A stretch of 64,000 nt of DNA, from positions 62,001 through 126,000 of the forward strand of contig AP026138.1 of NCBI GenBank assembly GCA_030295235.1, given 5' to 3'. Numbering within the stretch: the stretch's first letter is position 1; the number at the start of each line of letters is the position of its first letter. The notes beneath the pieces were generated by a model. It had not been told where the DNA came from. It worked only from the letters and a program-made list of their open reading frames with translations, and made no database searches. Source of the DNA: Fistulifera solaris. Taxonomy: Eukaryota. Shown here one piece after another: positions 23,656 through 35,236 of the stretch. Made by a program: the position numbers and the translations under genes.

Positions 23656-24112
23656 AGTTCGCTTCAGGTGACGTTAAGAGAAACGATGTTGTGACGATAG
23701 ACGACCTTTGGGTCGCAATCTTTCTTGGAGCAGCGAAGGAATACTCCGCCGCACCGATAATAATGAAACGAAAAAAGGGGGTCAAAAAAGCGCGCGCCGC
23801 GAGGCCAACATTGCCCCCTACAAAAAAGTGTAGAAAGAAGTCGACCCGGGACTCAGGTTCTACTAGAGTATCCAGAAAGCAGTAGGAACTTCTCCATAAT
23901 TTCTGTCTTCGATGACTGTTATTGTGACCGAAACAAGACCGAATCCAGTCCGGGACTGACGGAGTCACATGGCGCATGGCGGCGGGCGGCGGATGACGAT
24001 GATAAAAAGCGCAACACAATAAGACACAAGATCTTGTTTTTCGTCTCTCGCCCTACCAGACTAATATTATTATTCATTCTCCTCACTATTCATGTTTCCT
24101 TCACACACAATC

Positions 24113-25644
24113 ATGACGCGACACAAAGCGTTTGCCTGCCTACTAGCTTCGTTGGTTGTTTCGGGTTTATTTTGGTTGAATTCGTTCAACACACAATGGG
24201 AAAAACGACTGATTTCACCGACGGTCGAGCAACTCATGATGCAGGACGACGCTGCGGCAACCAATAGTCCTACTGTATCTCCGGCTTTACTTCCGGAGTT
24301 ACAACCAGAAGAACAAGAGGAATACGGGGAGGAATACGAACTGGAAATAGTTGACGAGGAAGAGGAGGAAGACGAACAGAATATAGACGACGAGGAAGAC
24401 GAGGGAGATGAACACTACATAGACGAGGAAGAGTACGAAGAAGAAAAATACAAACACGCAGAAGAAGAGAAGGAAGAAGGACAATACGAAAAGAAGAGGA
24501 GGAACATGAAGAGGAGCCCCCAATGATTGGAAACAATTTCTGAAGAAGAGGAAGCTTTAATAGATGATTACGAAGATTCCGATGTTGAAAGTTCTTCACC
24601 GTCATCGGAGATGGAAACGAGTTCGGGGGATGAACTGATGGAAGATGACGAAAATTCGGCTCTCGAAACGACATCAACGATGGTTCCTGCGTACACGTTC
24701 CTTTGCGACACGGCCCCGCCTCACGCACAACCCTTCGAGCCGATCATCATGATGGCAAATGCACGAACGGGCTCCAATCTTTTTTTTAGTTTTCTCGGAC
24801 GCTTGGCCCTCTTCAACATGGATCTACTGCCACTCTATGAAATCTTTGGGAATGATTCACGATTGTTGGCACAATTGCTGAATAATATCGTGGAACAAAT
24901 TGAAACAGGATGTCAATGGGAGGACTTTGTCGTCGATCGAACCGCGACGGATCCCGAACAACTCTTTGCGGCAATGGCCACCAGCAGTGATTCGACTCAA
25001 CAACGGATATTGGAAGAATTGCAACATGTCTTCACCCACCGTTTAGAAGATCCGGCGCCCTTTTGGAATTCTTGCACCGCATTCCATCGACCATGCCACG
25101 GGCCTACTATGCCTTGAAAGTGTTTCCGTTTCATGTCTTGGATTTGATGAAGATGACCGTCACCGATTTCTTGGCCTTGTTCGAGAGTATGCCCGAGACG
25201 CAATACATACTACTGTGGCGACGCAACATGCTGGAAATCTTTGTTTCCTTCAAGATTGCTCTCACACGCCAAGGATGGGTCAACGTCGCTTCGACGCAAG
25301 ACAATGCCGTGCAAGTGGATCGTACCGAATTGGAATGGTTCGTGCAACGTCTTGCCGACTTTTATCAACAAGCCGGCGATTATTTGTCAACCAAGTCCTG
25401 TCATATCTTTGAATACGATCAGGATTTGAGTAATGCGACCCAACAATTGAGTACCGTTCAACGCATCCAGACGGAAGTCTTGCAATTAGCTTTAAATGAA
25501 GAACAAGTGCAGATGGTCGTGGAGAAAGCCGGAACCACGAAACAAGCGGTTGTGCCATTGTCACAACAGATTGTCAATTGGGAAGAAGTGCAAGAGTGGG
25601 GATACAGTGAATCGTCCTTGGATTGGCCGAATCTATTTCCGTGA
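24113..25644 (+). CDS. Single-domain NodH/Stf0-like sulfotransferase with Glu/Asp-rich stem; indels near 24490-24525 and 25060
   Basis: ATG at 24113 (MTRHKAF), TM, acidic linker, then MANARTGSNLFF, YALKVFP, LWRRNMLEIFVS and KQAVVPLSQQIVNW. Confidence 0.82.
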
Positions 25645-26032
25645 AAAAGTGAGGACCCGTTTAATGATTCGGCAAGTCTAGTCGATGGACCGAAGCAATG
25701 GAAGTGGCTCGAACCATACTTCGTGTCCTTGAAGTAAAACTTTGAATCATCAGCGAGAAGAAACAACTTTCTTTGTGATCTTCGGTATGGAATGAAAGGT
25801 GATCTCGTTTCCGATCTGAATCGTGTTTCACCGAAAATTGGACGTGTGATTCACGGACGAAGCAAGGGAAAAAGGACGATAAGAGGGATCACGGCGAGCA
25901 TAAGATTTTCAGGAGATCCACAAATAATGCGAAGAAAACGAAATAGGTTTTGAGAACGCACTTGATGCATGATTGATTCGCATGTTCATTTCGTTTAGAA
26001 GGAACCCGATTGTGCCTACATTTGAATTGACA

Positions 26033-26827
26033 ATGGCCAAGTTTTCCAAGGACTACGCGTCGATTCCCTCCATCGCGGCCGACATCGAACATGGTCCAGA
26101 CCAGCACCGTTCTGCAACGTCGATCTACCACAGTTCCTTCCGTACACTCATCTGGGCTACGGCAGCGGTAGTGGGTCTCACGCTTCTGATTTGTTCCATG
26201 GCTCATGATTGCGGTATTTGGCAGTCGAGCCAATCAAATATGCCCATGAATGCGACGGATCCGTACGCCATGGAAGGTCGAGCCAAGTACGATGATTCGG
26301 ACATGATGTCGAAAGATGAATCCAGCCCCGTTCCGGTTGGCCCTGGAGGACCTCCGCCGCCTCTTCCACCCAAACGATTTTCGGAAGCCAGACACGGTCA
26401 CAAGAATCACAACCATGACAAGTCGCATCACCATCACCATGACGAGCCTCATCATAATCGTCATCACCATCATCATTCCAAGCAAAGTACCAAGAGTAAA
26501 GATGAACCCAGTGAAAGCGACGATGAGAAGGGATGGATGTCTTCACTTCACGCGTGGTGGAACAATATGGCAGATAAAGTCGATGAGGAGGTGCACGAGA
26601 AAGAAGATGAGAGCAATGACAAACACGACGAAGATGATAGCGATGACAAAGATGAAGATAGCGATGAAGACAGTGACAAACAAGACGAACAAAACGAAGA
26701 TGATAGCGATGATATGAAAATGGGAAACATGACGGAGGAAGAGGAATCCGTCGTCGTCGTAAAGCATGCAGCGAACGACGCGTTGAATGAACCAGATATG
26801 ACGACCGATGAAAATGGCGACAATTGA
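26033..26827 (+). CDS. Single-TM protein with His-rich and Asp/Glu-rich low-complexity domain
   Basis: ORF from MAKFSKDY with TM LIWATAAVVGLTLLICSMA, then HGHKNHNHDKSHHHHHDEPHHNRHHHHHS and an acidic tail. Confidence 0.7.
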   Translation: MAKFSKDYASIPSIAADIEHGPDQHRSATSIYHSSFRTLIWATAAVVGLTLLICSMAHDCGIWQSSQSNMPMNATDPYAMEGRAKYDDSDMMSKDESSPVPVGPGGPPPPLPPKRFSEARHGHKNHNHDKSHHHHHDEPHHNRHHHHHSKQSTKSKDEPSESDDEKGWMSSLHAWWNNMADKVDEEVHEKEDESNDKHDEDDSDDKDEDSDEDSDKQDEQNEDDSDDMKMGNMTEEEESVVVVKHAANDALNEPDMTTDENGDN

Positions 26828-27032
26828 TGCTGGAGCAAGATCAATTTTCGTTGATATTTTCCAGGTAATTCATGTAAAGATTTAGTCTCTCAAGTTTTGT
26901 CGTAACAACATCATAGTCAGGTTTTGTCAACAATATAGCTCGTTCTCTTTTCTACAACTAGCAAGACTTTCTTCGATCAAAAAATAGAGGGAGAAATCAA
27001 ACAGCTTGTTTCTTTATTTTTATTATTCTTAT

Positions 27033-27721
27033 TTATTTGGTCAACTTGGACAAAATGGCCGCTCCCGCCAACGACGCCCCCGCCAAAGGCACCGCCACAC
27101 CGACGGCCAACGTTTGCAGGGCGACATTCGTGACGGAATCATCGGGAATGAGAGCGACGGCGGCCGCCGCCGCCACTAACGCTCCGATGCCGGCCCCTTG
27201 AATGACGGCCGGTGGCGTCGCAATGGCCGTCGCCAAGAGGGGCAGCGCACCCGGTGCCAAATCCACCACGGTGGGCAAGATTTTCAACAAATCCGGGCCA
27301 CTGGCTTCCACTAGAATCAAAATATCGGGATATTCGGCGGCTAACGCGAGGAGTGGTTCGACTTTGGACAGCGAAATCCCGGCCGCTTGGGCTTTACTCA
27401 ACAAGCCACTGGCGGCGACTTTGGAAAGCAAGCGTTCTTCTTGAACTTTGGTCAAAAGCGATTTGACAGCGACATTGTTACCGACGGTATCGACTTCGTC
27501 GGCCAGTTGTGCGGCCGATAACGAAGCGTAGGATCGAGTAGGACTCGGAACGACAAACGCCGAAGAAACGGTGCACAAAAGTGCTACAAGCAAGAACGAA
27601 ACGGAAGAGAGGGCGACGAGAAACGTGGAGGTGAGAAAATTGAACAAGACGAGTGAGTAGTCGGTTGCCTCTGCTTTCGTTCGCTTCACATACCGGTAAT
27701 AAGAAACGTCAACTTGACCAT
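27033..27721 (-). CDS. DUF1118-family plastid protein; intron 27584-27693
   Basis: Spliced N-terminus MVKLTFLIT-ALLCTVSSAF is a bipartite plastid signal. LLTKVQEERLLSKVAASGLLSKAQAAGISLSKVE plus two C-terminal hydrophobic helices resemble DUF1118. Confidence 0.75.
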
Positions 27722-28402
27722 TGTTATTGTTCAAATTAGAATACAGGGAAGAAGAACAAATAATAGAGGAACTACCAGGTACAGCAACAGCAGCAACAAC
27801 AACACCAACAACCGAAGCGCAGAATTGAAGACGTAAGGATCGGCGGAGGAGAATAAGGTAAAGCGGGGCAAACAACGCGCCACAAACGTATGCGTGCGCA
27901 TCCGGCACTCACGCCGACGTCATCATGGTAGCAACGGACGATGTACGAACGAAAGAGCGGATCGGGACTGCATTCGATTCCAGTCTCGGCTCCGCAACTT
28001 CACAATATTCGGAACCTGAACCGACATGATGCTTTTGTCATGAGATTAATAGTTTGTGACGATACCCTAATCATTTCACGGATTCCAGTCAATTCATTCG
28101 TTCATTATGGAAGACAGCCATTGATTGGATCAGCGACTGGTTGTTTCGCGCGGATCTTTCTTGCCGGCCGGTCCGTCTCACGACCGTCTGTACGCAGTCC
28201 GCAAGCAGGGACGCAATGAGAGATGAGAGAGTTTTTTGTGAAGGCGATGCGACGGAGGAGAGAAGATGATATTATGATTCCTATGTCACGGACCCTTTGT
28301 TCATCTCTTATATAGCATTCATTCGACATTCACCTTTCTCTCTACTTCTATAAATAGAATTTCCTCCCCTTTCGACACAACCAACACAATTCATTACAAA
28401 AG

Positions 28403-29620
28403 ATGGCGAACGAAGAAGCGCGCAATTTGTTGGATCAATTAATGGGCAGCGATCGGAATGCGCCGTTGCCGCCCGGTGCGGCGGTTCCTCGGAAACGCCG
28501 CGGCGCCGAGGAGGCGTCGTCCACCGCACTATTGTTACCGGGCAAACGACAAAAAGTTGTTTCGATCGGGATATTGATCCTCTCTATACGGCATGGGGCA
28601 TCGATGTGTACGAATTGTTTAAAAATACGAAATCCGATTTGGGGATGACCAATCCGAATGTCGTCGATGAACACGCGCATCAAGAATTTTTGTCGCTGAC
28701 GAAAGAACAACAAGAAGAAACGGGATATTGGTATTTCTTGTTTCCAGAAATTACAAGAATTGGTCCGACAATGCGATCGGATTGTCAGTCGGAATCACGA
28801 AAAATTGAAACAAGAATTGTCGAAAAAATTATCCCAACGGGGTGGACAAGACTTTGTCGAAGATGTCGAAGATGCGGCCGTCGAAGCGTTGGTGGCGGAT
28901 ATGTGGCGACTCGAGGACATGACGGGGGAGTGGCAGAAACTGGTGCAACAACTGGATGAAGTGTTACTGGAAGAAGAACAGGCCAAGAAACAATTGGAAC
29001 CGATTTTGGAGGCGAAGAAATTGGCGCAAGCTGAAAAGAACAAAGAAGAAGAACAAGAAGAAAAAGATGCTGAAAACAAAGAGTCATCAGAGGAAAATGA
29101 CACTCAAAGGAATAATGAGGATGCCACGGAACTCAAAGCATTGCAAATGGAATTGGGAAAGGTGGCTTTGAAGAAGCAGCGTCTATTGTTTGAAATCAGT
29201 CACATCATGTCCTTGTTGGCACCATTGCAAGAAAGTGTACAGAGTCAACGTCGCAACTTGGACTATGTCAAATCGGATATTTCCACCGACAAGACCGTGT
29301 GCGAGATATCGGGCAATTTCATGTCGAGTCGGGATGCCGATGAACGCATTGCGGCACATTATGCCGGAAAACAATATGTGGGATGGAAGTTGGTGCGCGA
29401 CAAGTACAAGGAAATGGTGCAAACATACGGGCGGTATGGGCCTCCGCCACCGGCGCAACAACAAAACGTGCCGCCGCCGTCGTCGTCGTCGTATCAGCGA
29501 GGACGTCCTATGCCACCGCATGATGCTGGTTATGGTGGGGGTCATTGGGATCGACGTGGTGGAGGTGGATACGATCGTCGTGCACCGCCGGCTCGAGCGG
29601 GTGGGGGATGGCGTCGATAA
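28403..29620 (+). CDS. LUC7: LUC7-like U1 snRNP splicing factor; indels near 28555 and 28740
   Basis: N-terminal EARNLLDQLMGSDRN, ELFKNTKSDLG, and zinc-finger-like VCEISGNFMSSRDADERIAAHYAGKQYVGW. RG-rich tail. Confidence 0.88.
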
Positions 29621-30786
29621 AAATCGTGCTGCAACTGAGAATTAGACTTTTTGTCTTTGTCGATGTATCTTCCTAGCTATTCAATGCAATGCGCGTCCAT
29701 GTCGCTAATACGTAGTTGCTATAGTCACAACATTGTTGGAAGAACGTGACACAGCTTGAAACTCATCGTTTTAATTAGCTCTTTATCCTTTCTTTTGCAA
29801 GAAACAGCATGCAAATTACTCGTCGAAGAGTGGTTTCTACTGATTTGTAAAAGAAAGAGAAGCTTTGATACAAGTTTACCGGTATTGTATGCTAGCTTAG
29901 GATGCTATGTGCTATGTCGTTAGTCGTTATGCCGCATGCCAGCGATCACTCTAGCTTCAGCGTCTGTACGTCCATCGCCGGATCCGAATTCATGCCGAGG
30001 TCCACGCGGCGGTCGATCGGCACTCAAAGCGGTATTCAAAAGCGGAAACTCCGCCCCCGTATCTAACGCTCGCCGGGTCGCTAAATCCATCATCACTGTG
30101 CTTTTGATGTACATTGGTGGTCTAAGCAACCTCGCTTGATACTCGCCACTATCGAAGTTAAGCACGGACGAATGTGATACATGATAGTAGGAAAGGATTT
30201 CAAAACAGTGCTTATAGCTTTCTACGTGTATTGAAAAAGGGAATAGACTGCAAACGGTTGGCGGAACCCGATTTCGCCTATTTAGGAAATGCAGACCCCA
30301 CACTTAGGAAATCGAAATTGCAATTCTGCCTAAATGTGTAACCGTTGAGGACGCCTTCCTCCACGATACTCAGTCCATCACAAAATCGGTTGAACGTCTC
30401 TTTGTTGTCGTTGAACGCATCTGTTCCGCCCATTCAACGAGTCCAACGTTCGGTTGGTAGAGGTACGTTGCTACGAAGTGAATCGTAAACACGACCATGG
30501 AAGTTCCGCCCACTCTGCGGCGTCTTCACGCTGAAAAGCGGCTCTTTTAATGCGAGTCTATCATGTGATTGCTTTGATTGATCGACGTCTTTTTCCTGGG
30601 ACTCGGCGATTTCGTCTTCTCTCTTTACTCCAGTTCATCGATTTCTCACAGAACGTACTTTTGATTTTGTTGTTGATTCACGAAACGCATAGAATCTGGC
30701 AGGCATCCTCTTTTATAGACATTATCAACTGCCTCAACGTCGCCCGCCCGTTTGACAATTATTGCTTGTGTTTGAAATTTTGCATT

Positions 30787-33364
30787 ATGGAAGCTGTGGC
30801 TAGCAAAAGTGAAGCAAAGACCCCGCCTTCGATCATTACGGTCGATCCCAATAGCAACACTAAAGAAGATGAACGACAAAGTACGAGCAGCAGTAAAGAT
30901 GGATCGACCGCCCGGACACCCAAGCACGCCAACAAACACGCTACAGAAGGAAAGGAACCATCGCGGAAAAAGAATCTATTTCCAGGCTATGAAGATGGAA
31001 GAATGAATGATCGACATTCGTATCCACCCGTTCACGGAAACCCAGCAATTCATATTTCCCCCACCGACAACAGCCGCCGATATTACGGAGTCGCGTATCA
31101 CAACAATGGCGGACAGTATCCTCCGACGTACGATCAGCGGTTTTATAGTGATTACCCGGGTTCCAATTATCATCCGCAAGGTCACTACGGACCTCCACGC
31201 ATGCCCATGTATCCTCCTCGCAATTATCCGGTCGGTAACTCATGGGGTCCACCACCGGCATCCTTTCCTCCCGGTCGCCATCCGCCGTCACATCCGGTCA
31301 GTCGTGCGGTGTCGAGTTCCTTTGATCGCAGCATCAAAAGTCGAGAAGGTCGTGGACCAATGGAGGCTCCGGTGAGACATGAAGATCGAAATAATATTCC
31401 GGACGACGGTTCGTGGAAGCTTTTGAATCAGGTGCATTCGGTCGACGAAGACGACATTCAGAAGCGATCGCAAAGTATGGCGGCGAATGCCAATCTACAG
31501 CCGACGGGTTCGAATCATAGTAGTTTGACGAATTCGCCCACGGAAGGATTGGAAAGCGGAAAGAAGGATGGACCAGACGCCGAGAAACTCAAGGCTTCGC
31601 TGGATTCACTATCGGGGGCCATGGAGACGGAAAAGAAACCGCTCAGCCCAGGAGGATCTACGGGGTCATTGGATTTAATGAAATGCCCTAGTGGTAGCAG
31701 TCAATTGTTGCTGCCGTCACATCAACGGAGTCTTTCTCAGTTTTCGTTGCCACACTCGGATTCTCTCATGGATACGGGGAAGCGATCACGCGGCGAAGGC
31801 AAAGACCACGAATGTCGGGTCGACGTGGATACGAAAGAGGAAGACGACACGGGTAGAGAATCCGCAACGGAACCAGATGCTAAGCGAAGTCGTAGAGAGT
31901 TGACGATGAAGAAGAAAGGAAGTCCGCTGTCGATTGCTTGCAGTCCACCAGCATCCCCCTCGCGTTGAGAAGAACAAGGGTGAGACCAAGTTGTTTCAGC
32001 CGCAGCCAATATACCCAAACAACAAAGGTCGTCAGTCGCCTGGTTTCTACGATGCTCCTGGCTACACTTATTCCATGGATTTGGGTCAATCGTCGGACCG
32101 CGCGGGTCAAAACATGACACCCACTCCAATGATCGTCGATTCGGATCCGCGAGGCCCTCCTGGATTGGCTCAAGTTTCTTCGTGGGATTTGCAACAGCAA
32201 GACAGCTTTGGAGCGGGCGGAAGTGTCACGGGTGGCACTGGGGGACTCATGTCATCATTCAGTTTCCGCGATGATTATCCTATGCTATCCGCCAGCACGA
32301 GCATCGACAACGATGTTCATTATTCGCAAAGAGAACGAGAGCATCACCAACACATTGAAACGCGCAATCAGTCGTTTGACAGCCAGTACCGCGGTAACTT
32401 TGGACGATCCGACAGCATGATGAGTTACGAACGTCATGGTCCATACGATAGTGCACATCCCGCTTACCCGCCCCACCAACAGTTTCCTCCACACGCGCCG
32501 TCGTGGGGATCACAAGCCAGTTACCATTCGGGCCCGATGTATCCTCCTCAATACCGCGGGGGCTATCCAATGATGCGTAGTTTCTCCGAGGACAATAACA
32601 ACAATGGTCGATCAACTCCACCGCCTGGAGGCATGCGCATGCTACCTCCTGGCTTTCAGCCACCGCCCGAGTTCTTAGCACCGCCGAGCCGTGTGAAGCA
32701 AAACGTTCAAGAGAATACGATCCTGACATCTCCGTACAATGCCAACCCCAAGGCCGGTCCTTTCGGTTGGGGAAAGGAAGAAGATGCTCGGCTGACGGAA
32801 CTGATGAAGAAGTACAAGAACCCTCACGACTGGGAACCCATCGCCAAGGAACACAACCGGGGTCGCACCGCAAAAGAATGCCATGAGCGATGGATCCGAT
32901 ACTTGAAGCCCGGTGTTCGCAAAGGCCAATGGACTGATCAAGAAGATGCGATTGTGATGGAAGCTGTAGCAACTTGCTCCGAACAACCCTTCACGAGATG
33001 GTCCGATTTGGCGCAGCGTCTTCCGGGTCGCGTCGGCAAACAGATTCGTGACCGTTGGGTGAATCACTTGAATCCCAATATCAACCACTTGCCCTTTTCT
33101 CGTGAAGACGACTTACTGCTTTGGGAGGGACACAAGCGACTAGGGAAACGTTGGGTGGAAATTGCAACTAAATTTTTCCATTCGTCCCGTTCGGAGAATC
33201 ACATCAAGAATCGGTGGTACAGTGCATCGTTTAAGAAGTTTATAACAAATGAGTTCGGCCCGGATGCCTATTCGGGTGGGGAAAAAGAAGGACGATGCGT
33301 CTCCGTCCGCGGTCAAGAAGAAAAAGCCGACGTCCTCGTCACCTCGTCAAGCGATGGGAGCTGA
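30787..33364 (+). CDS. Three-repeat (R1R2R3) MYB transcription factor; frameshift near 31960
   Basis: Three Myb repeats: WGKEED...RTAKECHERW, KGQWTDQED...GRVGKQIRDRWVNHLNP and FSREDD...RSENHIKNRWYS. Long Pro/Ser-rich N-terminus. Confidence 0.9.
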
Positions 33365-34203
33365 ACAAGAAGCATAGATAGTTTCAAAGACGAAAGAGAT
33401 TTGGGGGCTCTTGTTTTAAAATGATAATGATTCATACCGAGATTTTTTAATGAAATTATTATTTTGAAAAACGACGCTTTGAATTTAAACTTTTTAGCAC
33501 GCAATAGCACCATATCGGGTCCCAGTCGTGTCGATGGTTATCAAGTAGCCTTTTCGCGGCCTTTTGCCATTTTCGCGCACGATTCGAAGTCCATAGTCGT
33601 TGTCGACCAAAGTGGTTTATAGTGATAAAAAACAAAGTCGGATTAGAACTCTTAGTGCTCTAAAGCCTCGCTTCCTCTGACGAATCATCATTAGGTGAAA
33701 ACAAGTTGGGACTGGAGGCCATTGGGAGCTAGAGAAGGGAGCTAGAGAGAAGAGAGACTAGATAACAGCTACTTGTACCAGCTTGAAATCTTATTGCGCT
33801 AGATAAGATTTTGTGTTTTGTGTTTTGTGGGTTTGTGGGTTTGTGGCTTGTGCATTATGTTCACTTTTCTATGTTCCATGAATTCAAGACCAAAGACCAC
33901 ATGCTAACCGCAACAAGCGAAGTGCGAAGTCTAGAAATCATAAGGAACTTAGTGCTGCATAAAGTGGCTTCCAGTCTGAATTCTGAATCAGTTCTTAGCG
34001 GTTTGCTTGGACAAAGAGCAAATCGCAAATTCCCAATCCCGAAAACGTGGGTAGGACATAGAATAAAGATCTTATTTACTCTGCTTCTCATACTTCGTTT
34101 GAAACGAATGTCCACAACCCCGCGATCAACAATCAGCGAAAAGATATGGTACTCACCTACAACGTGGATAGGACTTAAAATATAACATTGAATTATTATT
34201 ATT

Positions 34204-34500
34204 ACTAGCCGCCTTCGGCGTCTAGCCCCTGCGGGGGGCTTTTTTCGTTCTCGCCCTTCCCGCAAGCGGGGGTTCTCGATCCCCGGGGATAGCGTCACAC
34301 CCGTGATTCGGACACCCGGGACCAGCGTTACGTTACGTGACACACACACGGACACAGCGCGCTATTATAAATAGATAGATTCTTTCCATTTGCGTGGTTA
34401 TGACATGCGACATGTGACTTGGGCGCTGAGCAGGGAACAGGTTGTGGGTTGTGGTTGTGGGTTGTGTGTTGTGTGGGTTGTGTGGGTTGTGTGGGTTGTG
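34204..34500 (-). mobile_element. Candidate non-autonomous Helitron-like 3' terminus with adjacent GT-rich microsatellite
   Basis: Minus strand reads AGCCCC-CCGCA-GGGGCT AGA CGCC-GAA-GGCG G CTAG|T, i.e. GC hairpins just before CTAG followed by T. A (GTTGTGTGG)-like repeat lies at 34440-34500. Confidence 0.4.
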
Positions 34501-35236
34501 AGTTCCTTTGCATTTGCAGTACACAATTCAAACTTCCAAAATTTTCAGAGCACAATCTCGTTGGGTTGCATTTTCTTTTCCTCAACCATGACCTGATTTA
34601 TGATTCACTACTTAGTACTAACTACGTAACACTGTTAAATTCCATAAGTCGTATCGCGTATCGCGTATCGTTCTGCGGAAGGCATGATGCACGCTGCAAG
34701 CATTTTACTTCACGATCTGAAGTCTTAAGATCTTTGGAAATCGCTCATCGCTCATCGCTCATCGCTCGCAACGCGCAAGTTGCGCAATGCATTGGAAATT
34801 GGAAGAAGTCGTGCAGCTTGTAGCTTGCAGTTAGGCCCAAGTACTGGTAATGCGCAATGCATAACGTTGTACGTTACGGAGTACTTACTATGCTAGTATG
34901 ATGTGGCACGTGAAATGAGAAATATGCTTTATGCAATGCCCGATGCAAGGAATAAGAAATCCGGACATAGTCAGTTGTTGTAAATTTTTAGCTAGGAAGG
35001 CGGAGCCAAAAAATGGAGTAGAACATGAAACATGAAAGAAAGTTTAGTGGTAGGCAGGAGGCAAATACCTCCTAAAACTAGGTTTGCCATGCTCAGGTCG
35101 ATTGGGCCTTTCTCTTTTAAAAACAGAAATCATGAACGGCTGCTTCACTTTGTTCTTATGGCAGGCTTTTCACTGATTACATAAATTTTGCTCTTTGTCT
35201 TTCGATCAGGACATCCAACAAGAACAAACAACAACA

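Noticed and set aside
34224..34246. Rho-independent terminator (hairpin + T run) or tRNA
   Set aside because: The DNA is eukaryotic nuclear intergenic sequence, and no cloverleaf with proper A/B boxes could be built.
34440..34500. Interstitial telomeric repeat
   Set aside because: The units are irregular GTTGTG(T)GG, not TTAGGG-like. Treated as a microsatellite.
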